Positions 49,603 to 58,548 of a stretch of DNA of 64,000 bases are shown one piece after another (position 1 is the first letter of the stretch; every line of letters begins with the position of its first letter). Origin of the DNA: a virus (Duplodnaviria > Caudoviricetes); the IMG/VR virus record IMGVR_UViG_3300042481_000164, positions 32,001 through 96,000 of that record. One strand, 5' to 3'. Made by a program: the position numbers and the translations under genes. Below the pieces are notes generated by a model, which was given only the letters and a program-made list of their open reading frames with translations, made no database searches and was not told the origin of the DNA.

Positions 49603-49880
49603 AATGTTTAAATTTTAATTCAAGTTAAAGGCTGATAAAAGAAAAGAAAAAGTCCTAAGACTTTTTCAGTGTGAGTTAATAACTCTGCTATGTATACTTA
49701 TCATATAGATATATAATATAAGATCATTAGTTCACTTCAATATTATATTCTTAATTTAAATGAAAGGTTGATTGAGAGAGGGAGAAAAAATTACAAACCA
49801 AAGTATCTGTGATGAGTATTTTTCTACAGATATAAAATCTTTTATTTTAATTATATATCAAATACATGGCTGACCAAGCA

Positions 49881-50039
49881 CCGGGGGGTAGGGGGTAAAC
49901 GCGTGGGGCCGGGGGGTTGGATATTAGGGGGCCCACAGCATCTCTAATATAGAACATCCCCAAATACCCATATGGATCAAGTCATGTCAGCAATATTACC
50001 AGGGGGTAAGTTACCATGTGGTAATATGACCGGGGTAAT
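49881..50039 (+). repeat. G-run island at the transcription divergence point
   Basis: G6-TA-G5...G4-CC-G6...G5; repeated GGGG(G)TA(A); inverted repeat ATATTACCA/TGGTAATAT. Confidence 0.7.
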
Positions 50040-50055
50040 TATATTTGTATATTTG
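50040..50055 (+). promoter_or_regulatory. Bacteroidota sigma-A -7 box TAnnTTTG (tandem TATATTTG x2)
   Basis: Same box at 52001, 52771 (+) and 16670, 20789, 33145 (-). Confidence 0.55.
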
Positions 50056-50059
50056 TTAT

Positions 50060-50827
50060 ATGAAAGTTGAGATATTTACTATTACGTTTAACAGCATGTA
50101 TATCATGCCTTTTTTTATTGAGCATTACAAGGAGAGATTTCCAGATGCTGTTATAAATGTTTATGATGATGGTTCTACTGACAGCACTGCTTCCTACTGT
50201 AGGAACATGGGTTGTAATGTTGTTGATATACCACAACCTTCTGATTGTTTGTCTGGTGCTGAAAGGACTAATGGTTTAAGAACAACAGATGAACAAAGAA
50301 AGATTAACCATTTACATAAGATTAATGATTTAAGGGCTGAGTATTGGAAACAATCTAAAGCAGAATGGGTGATAGTTGTAGATCATGATGAGTTAGTAGA
50401 GATTTGGGAAAAGGATTTACCAGCTATAGAAAATTATGATCTAATAATTTTTGAAGGTTATAACATGTATAATGAAACAGGGAATCCTGAAGTTGATCTA
50501 AGAAATTTAAAGTTTGCTGTTGATAGAACTTATGACGGAGAGTCTCATTTGTATGACAAACCTTTGATGATGAGAAGCAATGCAAAACTTAAAATTACAG
50601 GAGGTGGTCATAGTATAGTTACAGAAGAAGGATTAACGCAAAGTGAATTAAAGATTTCTGATAAAGAATATAAGATGTACCATTATCCAAAACGGATATT
50701 ATCAAAAGAAGCATTTTTAAATTACTTTAGATTTTACATAAACTTACCTGATCATGAATTTATACCACAAATAGAACAACTGTATTTAAATTTTACAACT
50801 AACATTAAGCTTGTACAAATAAGATGA
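50060..50827 (+). CDS. Glycosyltransferase family 2-like
   Basis: VYDDGSTD and WVIVVDHDE (DxD) motifs. Confidence 0.8.
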   Translation: MKVEIFTITFNSMYIMPFFIEHYKERFPDAVINVYDDGSTDSTASYCRNMGCNVVDIPQPSDCLSGAERTNGLRTTDEQRKINHLHKINDLRAEYWKQSKAEWVIVVDHDELVEIWEKDLPAIENYDLIIFEGYNMYNETGNPEVDLRNLKFAVDRTYDGESHLYDKPLMMRSNAKLKITGGGHSIVTEEGLTQSELKISDKEYKMYHYPKRILSKEAFLNYFRFYINLPDHEFIPQIEQLYLNFTTNIKLVQIR

Positions 50828-51447
50828 ATCCTCATGATATAACAAAAGAGTTTGAAAAAAAACTAGCAGACTATACTGGGGCACCTTATGTTGTTGCTAT
50901 TGATAATATGAGTAATGCTTTGTTTCTGGCTTTGTATTATGAAGGTATTAAAGATATAGAGGTTGAAATACCTTGTAGAACTTACCCGTCTGTTCCTTGT
51001 GAAATAAAACATGCAGGGGGTATTGTTAAGTTTTATGATGTGCCGGGGGATAAAATAAAAGGATGTTATCAGTTGAGACCTACACGCGTGTGGGATTCTG
51101 CCTTACGCTTTACAGCAGATATGTATATACCAGGAAGTCACATGTGTGTTTCCTTTACTGGACCATATAAACATTTGAAGCTTGGTAAAGGTGGTGCAAT
51201 ACTTACTGATGACTATGATGCATATCTTTGGTTTAAGAAAGCTAGGTTCAGCGGTAGGAGTGAGTGTTCTTATTTAGAGGATGACTTTACTATGCTAGGT
51301 TGGAATTTTTATATGATGCCTGAGATAGCAGCAAAAGGATTACAATTAATGGGTCAGTTTTATAAAAGTGATGGTAGTAAAATAAGTACTGAAGATTTGG
51401 AATTAGAATATCCTGATCTTTCTAAATTTAGTATATATGTTTCTTAG
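50824..51447 (+). CDS. DegT/DnrJ/EryC1/StrS family PLP aminotransferase (short form)
   Basis: FEKKLADYTGAPYVVA, WDSA, SFTGPYKHL..GKGGAILTDD, GWNFYM. Confidence 0.82.
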   Translation: MNPHDITKEFEKKLADYTGAPYVVAIDNMSNALFLALYYEGIKDIEVEIPCRTYPSVPCEIKHAGGIVKFYDVPGDKIKGCYQLRPTRVWDSALRFTADMYIPGSHMCVSFTGPYKHLKLGKGGAILTDDYDAYLWFKKARFSGRSECSYLEDDFTMLGWNFYMMPEIAAKGLQLMGQFYKSDGSKISTEDLELEYPDLSKFSIYVS

Positions 51448-52003
51448 TGAAAAACAATTAAAAAAAATAGGGCTGGGGTCCTATGGAAAAGATGTATTAA
51501 TTTCTGATAAGTGTAGTATCTATAATCCTGGTAATATACACATAGGAGATAATGTAAGGATAGATGATTTTTGTATATTGAGTGCTGGTGAAAAAGGTAT
51601 TGAGATAGGGAGTCATGTGCATATTGGTTGCTATTGTTCGTTCATAGGTAATGAAAAAATAACAATGAAAGATTTTTCTGGGTTATCAAGTAATGTTTCT
51701 ATCTATTCCTCAACTGATGATTTTACTGGTAGTTTTTTAGCAGGACCTTGTGTACTAGAAGAATTTAAAAATATGGTATCAAAACCTGTGACTCTAAATA
51801 AACATGTAGCTATTGGTACTAAGTCATCTATATTACCTGGTGTAGAAATAGGTGAAAACTCAAAAGTGTATGCTCATTCTTTAGTAACAAAAAGTTTTCC
51901 AAGTAACGTAATTATATTTGGTATTCCTGCTAAAAAAATAAAAAATTTAAAAAATAGTTTAGAGCATTTAGAAAAATTGTTTCTGAGTAAAAAAAATTAT
52001 TAG
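51437..52003 (+). CDS. Hexapeptide-repeat sugar N-acyltransferase (VioB-like)
   Basis: GKDVLISDKCSIYNPGNIHIGDNVRIDDFCILSA...STDDFTG...GIPAK. Confidence 0.85.
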   Translation: MFLSEKQLKKIGLGSYGKDVLISDKCSIYNPGNIHIGDNVRIDDFCILSAGEKGIEIGSHVHIGCYCSFIGNEKITMKDFSGLSSNVSIYSSTDDFTGSFLAGPCVLEEFKNMVSKPVTLNKHVAIGTKSSILPGVEIGENSKVYAHSLVTKSFPSNVIIFGIPAKKIKNLKNSLEHLEKLFLSKKNY

Positions 52004-52061
52004 ATTTGTACCATCTAAAGTTAAATGCTGTTTCCGCTCATATGCTTTTCCTTTTGATGTC

Positions 52062-52094
52062 AGCCCTGGACCTATTTCCCAGGGCTTTCTTTTT
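52062..52094 (+). terminator. Intrinsic terminator
   Basis: AGCCCTGG...CCAGGGCT-TTCTTTTT. Confidence 0.75.
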
Positions 52095-52320
52095 AACAAC
52101 TTGTTCCTACAGAACAACAACATACACTCCCCCTGTGGATAGTATCCATAGGCTCAGTGCCAGGAGGGCATACCATAAGAACTGCTCGCTCACTCTCTGG
52201 CCTTCTCTGCGCAGGAAAGCTGTCAAGTATAACTGTTAGCAACACCCAGAAAAGTTCTCTTGGCCAGAGATTACTATCTGGGTTTTTTGTTTTAATTTTG
52301 TTTATCAAAAAATTAATCAC

Positions 52321-52764
52321 ATGAAAAAGATAGATATGGGGAAGTATGTTCTCCTTGTTGGTAAAGATGCAACAGAACCTTTTGATTATTATGGGGTAGA
52401 AGAGATGCACGGGTTAAACCGTAAAGATGCTCAGGCAGAAGAAGTAGATAAGACTGTTGGTAATGGTGTGTATATCTACGGATGGAACAACTATGATCCG
52501 CGCGATAAAAAGTTGACGGCTAAAGCTCCGTACAAACCATTCTTGTTTATTAACCTAGGTACATTTAGTAGATACTCTCTTACAGAAAAATGTACAGCAG
52601 TTATGCATGAGACTATGCACATGGCTATACTGTTAGATAACTATAATATCAAGGATAAGGAAGAGGAGGCAGTAAGCTTTGCTGAAGAAGAAGCAAACAA
52701 GATTATTGCAAAGTTGGGCTTTGCAAAAAAAGAACAACCTAAAAAAGGTTTCTTCAGTAAATAA
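52321..52764 (+). CDS. Zincin-like metallopeptidase domain protein
   Basis: VMHETMHMA...EEEAV. Confidence 0.6.
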   Translation: MKKIDMGKYVLLVGKDATEPFDYYGVEEMHGLNRKDAQAEEVDKTVGNGVYIYGWNNYDPRDKKLTAKAPYKPFLFINLGTFSRYSLTEKCTAVMHETMHMAILLDNYNIKDKEEEAVSFAEEEANKIIAKLGFAKKEQPKKGFFSK

Positions 52765-52785
52765 TTTTTTTATATTTGTTGAACT

Positions 52786-53010
52786 ATGAGCAAGTCAAAA
52801 TCTAAAGATCCAGTTACACTACTTGAAGTTGTCCTTACTGAGAACAACACATTTGAAATCAGAATGGGTAAAATAAATACAGCAACTATTCCTGTTGTGG
52901 TAGGCTTATTAGAAAAAGTAAAGTTTGATTTGCTGATCAGAGAATATGATGAGGTAGAAGAAAAAGAAGAGCTACCTGTTAATTTTATAAATCAAAAATT
53001 TGACGCATGA
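52786..53010 (+). CDS. Hypothetical protein
   Basis: 74 aa; TATATTTG box upstream. Confidence 0.7.
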   Translation: MSKSKSKDPVTLLEVVLTENNTFEIRMGKINTATIPVVVGLLEKVKFDLLIREYDEVEEKEELPVNFINQKFDA

Positions 53011-53279
53011 TGATTCAAAGATGTATGAAGAAGCCAGAGTATTATGATGCTTTAAGATATACTGAAGGTGACAGAGAACAAGTATTTAGTTTTGCACCAA
53101 ATGCAGAATTTATTATGTTACTTAAAACTTTGACATTGTTTGTTACATGTAAACTGGGTCCTAAAAAGGTATTACCTGGTGACTATATTTTAAAGAGTAA
53201 TACTGGTGAGTTGTTTGTATTTACACCTGAAGAGTATGAAAACAAATTTGTGAATGTAAAGAGAACAGAGCTCAAGTGA
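53007..53279 (+). CDS. PGDYG-like small phage protein
   Basis: KKP...PGDYILK...GELF. Confidence 0.6.
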   Translation: MMIQRCMKKPEYYDALRYTEGDREQVFSFAPNAEFIMLLKTLTLFVTCKLGPKKVLPGDYILKSNTGELFVFTPEEYENKFVNVKRTELK

Positions 53280-53518
53280 AATATATAAAGAACCCTGTAA
53301 TAGTTGATGCGGTTCAATGGGTAGGGAATAATAGAAATGAGATTGAAGATTTTGCAGGTGAGTACTGTGACTTTGTAAATAATAGTTTTCTATTTGTATT
53401 CTCTCCTGAAGGAACACTAAGAGCATCAGAGGGTGACTATATAATTAAGAATAGTAACGGTGGATTTTATATATGCAAACCGGATGTGTTCAAACTAAAT
53501 TATAAACAATTAAACTAG
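53276..53518 (+). CDS. PGDYG-like small phage protein (paralog of preceding gene)
   Basis: KNPVIVDAVQW...EGTLRASEGDYIIK...FYICKPDVF. Confidence 0.7.
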   Translation: MKYIKNPVIVDAVQWVGNNRNEIEDFAGEYCDFVNNSFLFVFSPEGTLRASEGDYIIKNSNGGFYICKPDVFKLNYKQLN

Positions 53519-53605
53519 TGATATGAGTAAGACAAGTAACCGTCAAAAGCTTGAAGTCTTAAAAGGATGGCTTCATTATTTAGTAATCAATAAAAGTAAA
53601 AAGTA

Positions 53606-53890
53606 ATGAGTGAAACAGTAGTAAGTATTCCAGAAGATGCAGGAATATTAGGTATGAATGAAAAGAAAGTGCTTTCATTTGGTGAGCAGTTAGTTGGGAT
53701 TGAGTTCAATCCATCTAATGATGCTGGTGTGGCTAAAGTAAAAGAATTGTATGCTGAGATTGCAAATATTCTTAAAGACTCATACCAAGAGGGCCCAGGA
53801 AATCCAATTAAAAGTTTACTATTTGATCATGCTGTAGGAGAATTAGTAAGTGCACAAATGGCAGTAGTAAAAGTAATCACGTTTAAATAA
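53606..53890 (+). CDS. Helical-hairpin protein resembling Acb2/Tad1-like sponge family
   Basis: FGEQLVGIEFNPS...VAKVKELYAE...AQMAVVK. Confidence 0.45.
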   Translation: MSETVVSIPEDAGILGMNEKKVLSFGEQLVGIEFNPSNDAGVAKVKELYAEIANILKDSYQEGPGNPIKSLLFDHAVGELVSAQMAVVKVITFK

Positions 53891-53897
53891 AAAGAAA

Positions 53898-54173
53898 ATG
53901 AAACTATTAGGAAAAAGAATTTTGATTAATGTACCGGTAATTGAGAAAGCGGTAATTGAGTTATCACCAGCGCAAGAAGCAGAGCGTGAAAGAGATGCTA
54001 TCAAGAAATGGACTGAACTAGAAGTTCACGCCATAGGAGATGAAGTAGAAAAAATAAAAGCTGGAGACAAAGTTTATGTTCAGACATATGCTTTAGAAGG
54101 AGCTGAAAAGATCATGATTGGTGAGGAGATGAAATTGTTAATAAGAGAAAGTGAAGTTGCAATAATATACTAG
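53898..54173 (+). CDS. GroES-like co-chaperonin
   Basis: MKLLGKRILI...EVHAIGDEVEKIKAGDKV...LIRESEV. Confidence 0.75.
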   Translation: MKLLGKRILINVPVIEKAVIELSPAQEAERERDAIKKWTELEVHAIGDEVEKIKAGDKVYVQTYALEGAEKIMIGEEMKLLIRESEVAIIY

Positions 54174-54174
54174 T

Positions 54175-54519
54175 ATGAATGAATTGCGTTATGAACAGTA
54201 TAACAAAGCTATTATGAAAGATCTGAAAAAAGAGAATGTTTCTGTTATGCAAGAACCTAAGTGGGTTGATATCCATAGATGGGCTAACAACACTTCTCCT
54301 ACTGAACAACCAAGTGCATTAAGACCTGAGCATTACGGAGGAGCTGATAATAAGTATGAAGTATTTAATGTATTAGAAGCATGGGGTCTAGATAAAGACT
54401 TCTACTTAGGTAATGTAATCAAGTATGTTGCACGAGCTGGTAAAAAAGATCCTGCAAAAAATAAAGAGGATTTACAAAAAGCTTTAGTATATTTGCAGAG
54501 AAGAATTGATAGTTTATGA
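54175..54519 (+). CDS. DUF3310 (SaV-like) protein
   Basis: PEHY...FYLGNVIKYVARAGKK...EDLQKALVYL. Confidence 0.85.
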   Translation: MNELRYEQYNKAIMKDLKKENVSVMQEPKWVDIHRWANNTSPTEQPSALRPEHYGGADNKYEVFNVLEAWGLDKDFYLGNVIKYVARAGKKDPAKNKEDLQKALVYLQRRIDSL

Positions 54520-54707
54520 AAACGGCAATATACATTATGACAGTTATAGTCATCATGAGTATGTTTATAATACAAGACAAGTTGAGAAAACCTGTGTATA
54601 ATAAAATGTACAATGTATGGAATGAAGACACGGATAGTATCCTTGTTGCTAATGTTATTATGATTATAATGTTGTTTATTTCATTTCTGTTGGGTTATTT
54701 CATGTAG
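54516..54707 (+). CDS. Small two-TM membrane protein
   Basis: Two hydrophobic helices. Confidence 0.6.
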   Translation: MKTAIYIMTVIVIMSMFIIQDKLRKPVYNKMYNVWNEDTDSILVANVIMIIMLFISFLLGYFM

Positions 54708-54728
54708 ATTTTTTTTTTGTGTTGATTT

Positions 54729-54767
54729 AAAAAAAGTCCTTGGTTTAATTACTGAGGACTTTTTTTT
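54729..54767. terminator. Bidirectional terminator
   Basis: A-run AGTCCTTGGT...ACTGAGGACT T-run. Confidence 0.75.
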
Positions 54768-54818
54768 ATGATTAATTTTTAGTATATTATATTATATAAT
54801 CTTTAAAATTTAGAAATC

Positions 54819-55028
54819 ATGCCAGAAAAATTTATACCTCAATCTCCAGATCCATATTTAAATCAAGATGCTGAAGCATCATTAGTAAAATTTGGACACT
54901 TAAACTTTTTGTTAGATCAGTGTAACAATAATGTTTTTGCAAATAATACAGCAGCAAAAGCTGGTGGATTAAAAAAAGGTGATTTTTACCGTAATGGTGA
55001 TGGTCAAATATTTATTGTAAAAGATTAA
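54819..55028 (+). CDS. Small putative structural protein
   Basis: FANNTAAKAGGLKKGDFYR motif. Confidence 0.6.
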   Translation: MPEKFIPQSPDPYLNQDAEASLVKFGHLNFLLDQCNNNVFANNTAAKAGGLKKGDFYRNGDGQIFIVKD

Positions 55029-55031
55029 GCT

Positions 55032-55760
55032 ATGAGCTTCTTAGGTCAATTTAGTTTTGGGTACCCTGTTACAACCCAAAATATTATAACAACAATACCT
55101 GATGATGCTATCATACCACTATCTATTGGGAGCAGTTTACAGGGAAATGTTCTTGGTACATCATTTGCTGATTTAAAATCTCAAGTAAGTAGTAATTCAA
55201 CTTGGGGTAGTATTACTGGAAACATATATGCTCAAAATGATTTAATAAATTTAATAAATCAATCAAATGGTCCACGTTATATAGGGGAAAAATTTGGAGG
55301 TGGTGTTATATTTTATTTGTGGAAAGATGAAAATAATATACAACATGGTTTAATTACTAGCATAGTTGATCAGTCAACTTTTGTTCAATATAGTAATGTA
55401 TATGGAAATATTGGAGCATCAACAACTTGGAATGGTCAGCTTAATACAAGTTTAATGGCTGCACAGGCCGGAGCAACATCTGGTGCTTGGAAACTTTGTA
55501 ATGATTATGTTTATAACGGTTTTACTGATTGGTATTTACCATCAGTAGATCAATTAAATTTATTATATAATAATAGATTTCTTGTTAATAAAGCATTGGC
55601 AACTGTATCTGGTGCTACACAACTAGCGGAACTAGATTACTGGAGTAGTTCACAGGTATCTGCATTTTTTAATGCATGGACATTTTATTTTTCATCAGGT
55701 TCTTCATTTGTTCAAGATAAAAGTATTAATAAAGCTGTAAGAGCAATTAGAGAATTTTAA
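55032..55760 (+). CDS. Fibre/adhesin with C-terminal DUF1566 (Lcl C, C-lectin-like) domain
   Basis: YIGEKFGGGVIF...FTDWYLPSVDQL...YWSSS...AW...VRAIREF. Confidence 0.8.
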   Translation: MSFLGQFSFGYPVTTQNIITTIPDDAIIPLSIGSSLQGNVLGTSFADLKSQVSSNSTWGSITGNIYAQNDLINLINQSNGPRYIGEKFGGGVIFYLWKDENNIQHGLITSIVDQSTFVQYSNVYGNIGASTTWNGQLNTSLMAAQAGATSGAWKLCNDYVYNGFTDWYLPSVDQLNLLYNNRFLVNKALATVSGATQLAELDYWSSSQVSAFFNAWTFYFSSGSSFVQDKSINKAVRAIREF

Positions 55761-55773
55761 TATAAAAAATGTT

Positions 55774-57555
55774 ATGAGTTTTTTAGGACAATTTAATTTT
55801 GGATATCCGGTGATATCTCAAAATATTTTAAATAGTATACCTGATGAAGCAGTATTACCATTTTCAATAGGCAATAGCTTACAGGGTAATATACTTGGTA
55901 TAACCTTTGGTGATTTAAAATCTCAAGTAGGTGGTAGTTCTACATGGGGTTCTATTACTGGAAATATTTATGCTCAAAGTGATTTAATAAATTTGCTTAA
56001 TAATAAGCAAGATACATTAAATTCTGGTAGCAACATTAAAACTATTAACGGTTCTAGTATATTAGGTTCAGGTAATATAGTTGCTGGTATGCCTAGTTTT
56101 ATTGAATATGATGAAGCTAGTAAAACATTTTGGAATAATGGTACAGGCAATATTGCAAATAATTTATCTTATGGTGAAAGCAGTTTAATATCAAATACTT
56201 CAGGTAACAACAATACAGGACTTGGACACGGTTCTTTACAAAATAATACAACAGGTGCTAATAATACAAGTGTTGGTTATTTAGCTATCCGCAACACAAC
56301 AACAGGTGGTTCTAATACAGCAGTTGGTTCTCAAGCACTTCAAAATAATACAACAGGTACTAATAATGTTGCTGTTGGTGCAGAATCATTGATAAATAAT
56401 ACTACTGGTTATCAAAATATAGCTTATGGTAGAAATACATTAAGATCAAATACGACAGGATACGCAAATACTGCACTTGGTCATAGTGCTTTATATGGAA
56501 ATACAACAGGAACACTAAATGTAGCTGTTGGAGATGGATCATTACAATCAAATACAACAGGTAGTGAAAATGTTGCAATAGGTAGAGCATCTTTATTAAG
56601 TAGTACTACTGCTAGTAGAAATACAGCAGTAGGTGTATCTGCTTTACAAAATAATACAACTGGACCTAATAATGTTGCTTTAGGAGCTACTGCATTATTA
56701 AGTAATACTACAGGTTCAAACAATATAGCATTAGGGGTAGCTGCATTATTAACAAACACAACTGGGAGTTTTAATTCTGCTCTAGGAACAAATACTTTAT
56801 ACACTAATAGTACTGGTTCACTTAATGCTGCTTATGGAAATGGAGCACTTTATAGTAATACTACTGGTGAATCTAATATTGCTATTGGTTTTAATGCATT
56901 ATACAATAATAGTATAAGTAGTGAGAGTGTTGCTGTTGGTGTATATGCTTTATCTTCTTTTAATAATAATACTACATTAAGTTATAATACAGCAATTGGT
57001 TATAAATCACTAACTACTGCAACAACAGGTACTTATAATACAGGTGTTGGACATGAATCACTTAAATTAAATACAACAGGTAGTTATAATACTGCAGTTG
57101 GTAAAAGTGCATTACAAAGTAATACTACAGCTAATAATCAAACTGCTGTAGGTCATAATGCATTAACATCATCAACAGGTGCTGCAAATACTGCATTAGG
57201 TGCATCTGCTGCATCAACACTTACTACAGGTACTGCAAATGCTGTTATAGGAACAGCAGCTGGTAATAACTTATCAACAGGTAGTGCTAACACAATGGTT
57301 GGTAATAGTGCGGGTGCTTCAGTAAGTACAGGAAGTAATAATGTATTTATTGGTGCAGTTACACAAGGCCTTGCTGCAACATCAGGTTCAATTGTAATTG
57401 GTAGTAATGCAGGAGCTACTGCAGATAATCAATTAGTAATTGGTTCTAGTGCTTATCCTGCTGGAGCAATTACTACAGAAACAATTACACCTAACAGAAC
57501 TTGGACTGTTAAAATAAACGGAGCTAATTACAAAATACCTTTATTAACAATTTAA
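55774..57555 (+). CDS. Tail fibre with ~14-aa beta-roll (YadA-head-like) repeats
   Basis: Many NTTGxxNxAxGxxAL repeats. Confidence 0.8.
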   Translation: MSFLGQFNFGYPVISQNILNSIPDEAVLPFSIGNSLQGNILGITFGDLKSQVGGSSTWGSITGNIYAQSDLINLLNNKQDTLNSGSNIKTINGSSILGSGNIVAGMPSFIEYDEASKTFWNNGTGNIANNLSYGESSLISNTSGNNNTGLGHGSLQNNTTGANNTSVGYLAIRNTTTGGSNTAVGSQALQNNTTGTNNVAVGAESLINNTTGYQNIAYGRNTLRSNTTGYANTALGHSALYGNTTGTLNVAVGDGSLQSNTTGSENVAIGRASLLSSTTASRNTAVGVSALQNNTTGPNNVALGATALLSNTTGSNNIALGVAALLTNTTGSFNSALGTNTLYTNSTGSLNAAYGNGALYSNTTGESNIAIGFNALYNNSISSESVAVGVYALSSFNNNTTLSYNTAIGYKSLTTATTGTYNTGVGHESLKLNTTGSYNTAVGKSALQSNTTANNQTAVGHNALTSSTGAANTALGASAASTLTTGTANAVIGTAAGNNLSTGSANTMVGNSAGASVSTGSNNVFIGAVTQGLAATSGSIVIGSNAGATADNQLVIGSSAYPAGAITTETITPNRTWTVKINGANYKIPLLTI

Positions 57556-57566
57556 TATTTTAAATA

Positions 57567-58523
57567 ATGGATATTTTAAATTTTATTTCATGGGCAAAAG
57601 AAGGTACTGTAGTTTCTACAGTACCTAGTCCATCTCAAGCATTAATCCCTGTAGGTTTATATGACTCACGTAGAGGTGATAACTATCTACCATCAACTAT
57701 ATCAGTAACTGATTTATTAGCTTTATCACCAGGTTTACCTAGTTTTATTCAATATAATGAAACTAATAAAACTCTTTGGGTAAATGGTAAAGGTGATAGT
57801 TATACAAATACAACTTATGGTGAAGGTGCTTTAGGTTCTAATACAAGTGGAATTTGGAATACTGCAATTGGTCTTGATTCATTATCATATAACTCATCAG
57901 GTCAATTTAATGTTGCTCTTGGACGTGCATCATTACAAAACAATTATGATGGTAGTTATAATACGGCTTTAGGATCAAATACATTACAAAACAATACTTC
58001 TGGTTCTCAAAATACAGCAATAGGAAGTGATGCATTACAGAATAATGTAACAGGTGGGCAGAATACAGCATTAGGTCATGAATCTTTATATTCAAATAGT
58101 ACAGGTACTCTTAACACAGCTGTAGGTAGAAGATCATTATTTTCAAATACCACAGGTTCGGCTAATGTAAGTATTGGTAATTATGCAGGTTTTGTAAACA
58201 CCACAGGAAGTAGTAATGTTTATATAGGTTTTTTATGTGCTGAAAATGTTACAACTGGTAATTTTAATGCAATAGTTGGTTCTTATGGTATGGATGGTAG
58301 TAATTTAGGAAGTAATAATAGCATATTAGGTTATCAGGCTACAAACTTAGGAAGCAATAGTTGTGTGATTTTAGGAAGACAAGCTGTAGCTACAGCAAGT
58401 AATCAATTTGTTGTTGGTTCCACAACTTATAATGCAGGAGCTGTGACAACAGAAACTGTAGCATCAACAAGAACCTGGACTGTTAAAATTAATGGTGTAG
58501 ATAGAAAAATTTTATTAGCTTAG
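57567..58523 (+). CDS. Second beta-roll tail fibre
   Basis: Same repeat type and shared C-terminus with 55774 gene. Confidence 0.8.
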   Translation: MDILNFISWAKEGTVVSTVPSPSQALIPVGLYDSRRGDNYLPSTISVTDLLALSPGLPSFIQYNETNKTLWVNGKGDSYTNTTYGEGALGSNTSGIWNTAIGLDSLSYNSSGQFNVALGRASLQNNYDGSYNTALGSNTLQNNTSGSQNTAIGSDALQNNVTGGQNTALGHESLYSNSTGTLNTAVGRRSLFSNTTGSANVSIGNYAGFVNTTGSSNVYIGFLCAENVTTGNFNAIVGSYGMDGSNLGSNNSILGYQATNLGSNSCVILGRQAVATASNQFVVGSTTYNAGAVTTETVASTRTWTVKINGVDRKILLA

Positions 58524-58548
58524 TAAAAAATAAATATGTACTTATATT

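Larger units (their letters stand above)
48838..49873 (-). promoter_or_regulatory. Five copies of GG(C/T)TGA motif, most followed by AG-rich/GAGGG tract, three linked to CTAA-loop hairpins
   Basis: Copies at 48838, 49359, 49630, 49766, 49868; hairpins 48865-48890, 49386-49411, 49646-49667. Confidence 0.6.

Noticed and set aside
48838-49873. CRISPR array
   Set aside because: Repeats are degenerate, spacing is irregular (100-520 nt), genes lie between them, and no cas genes are present
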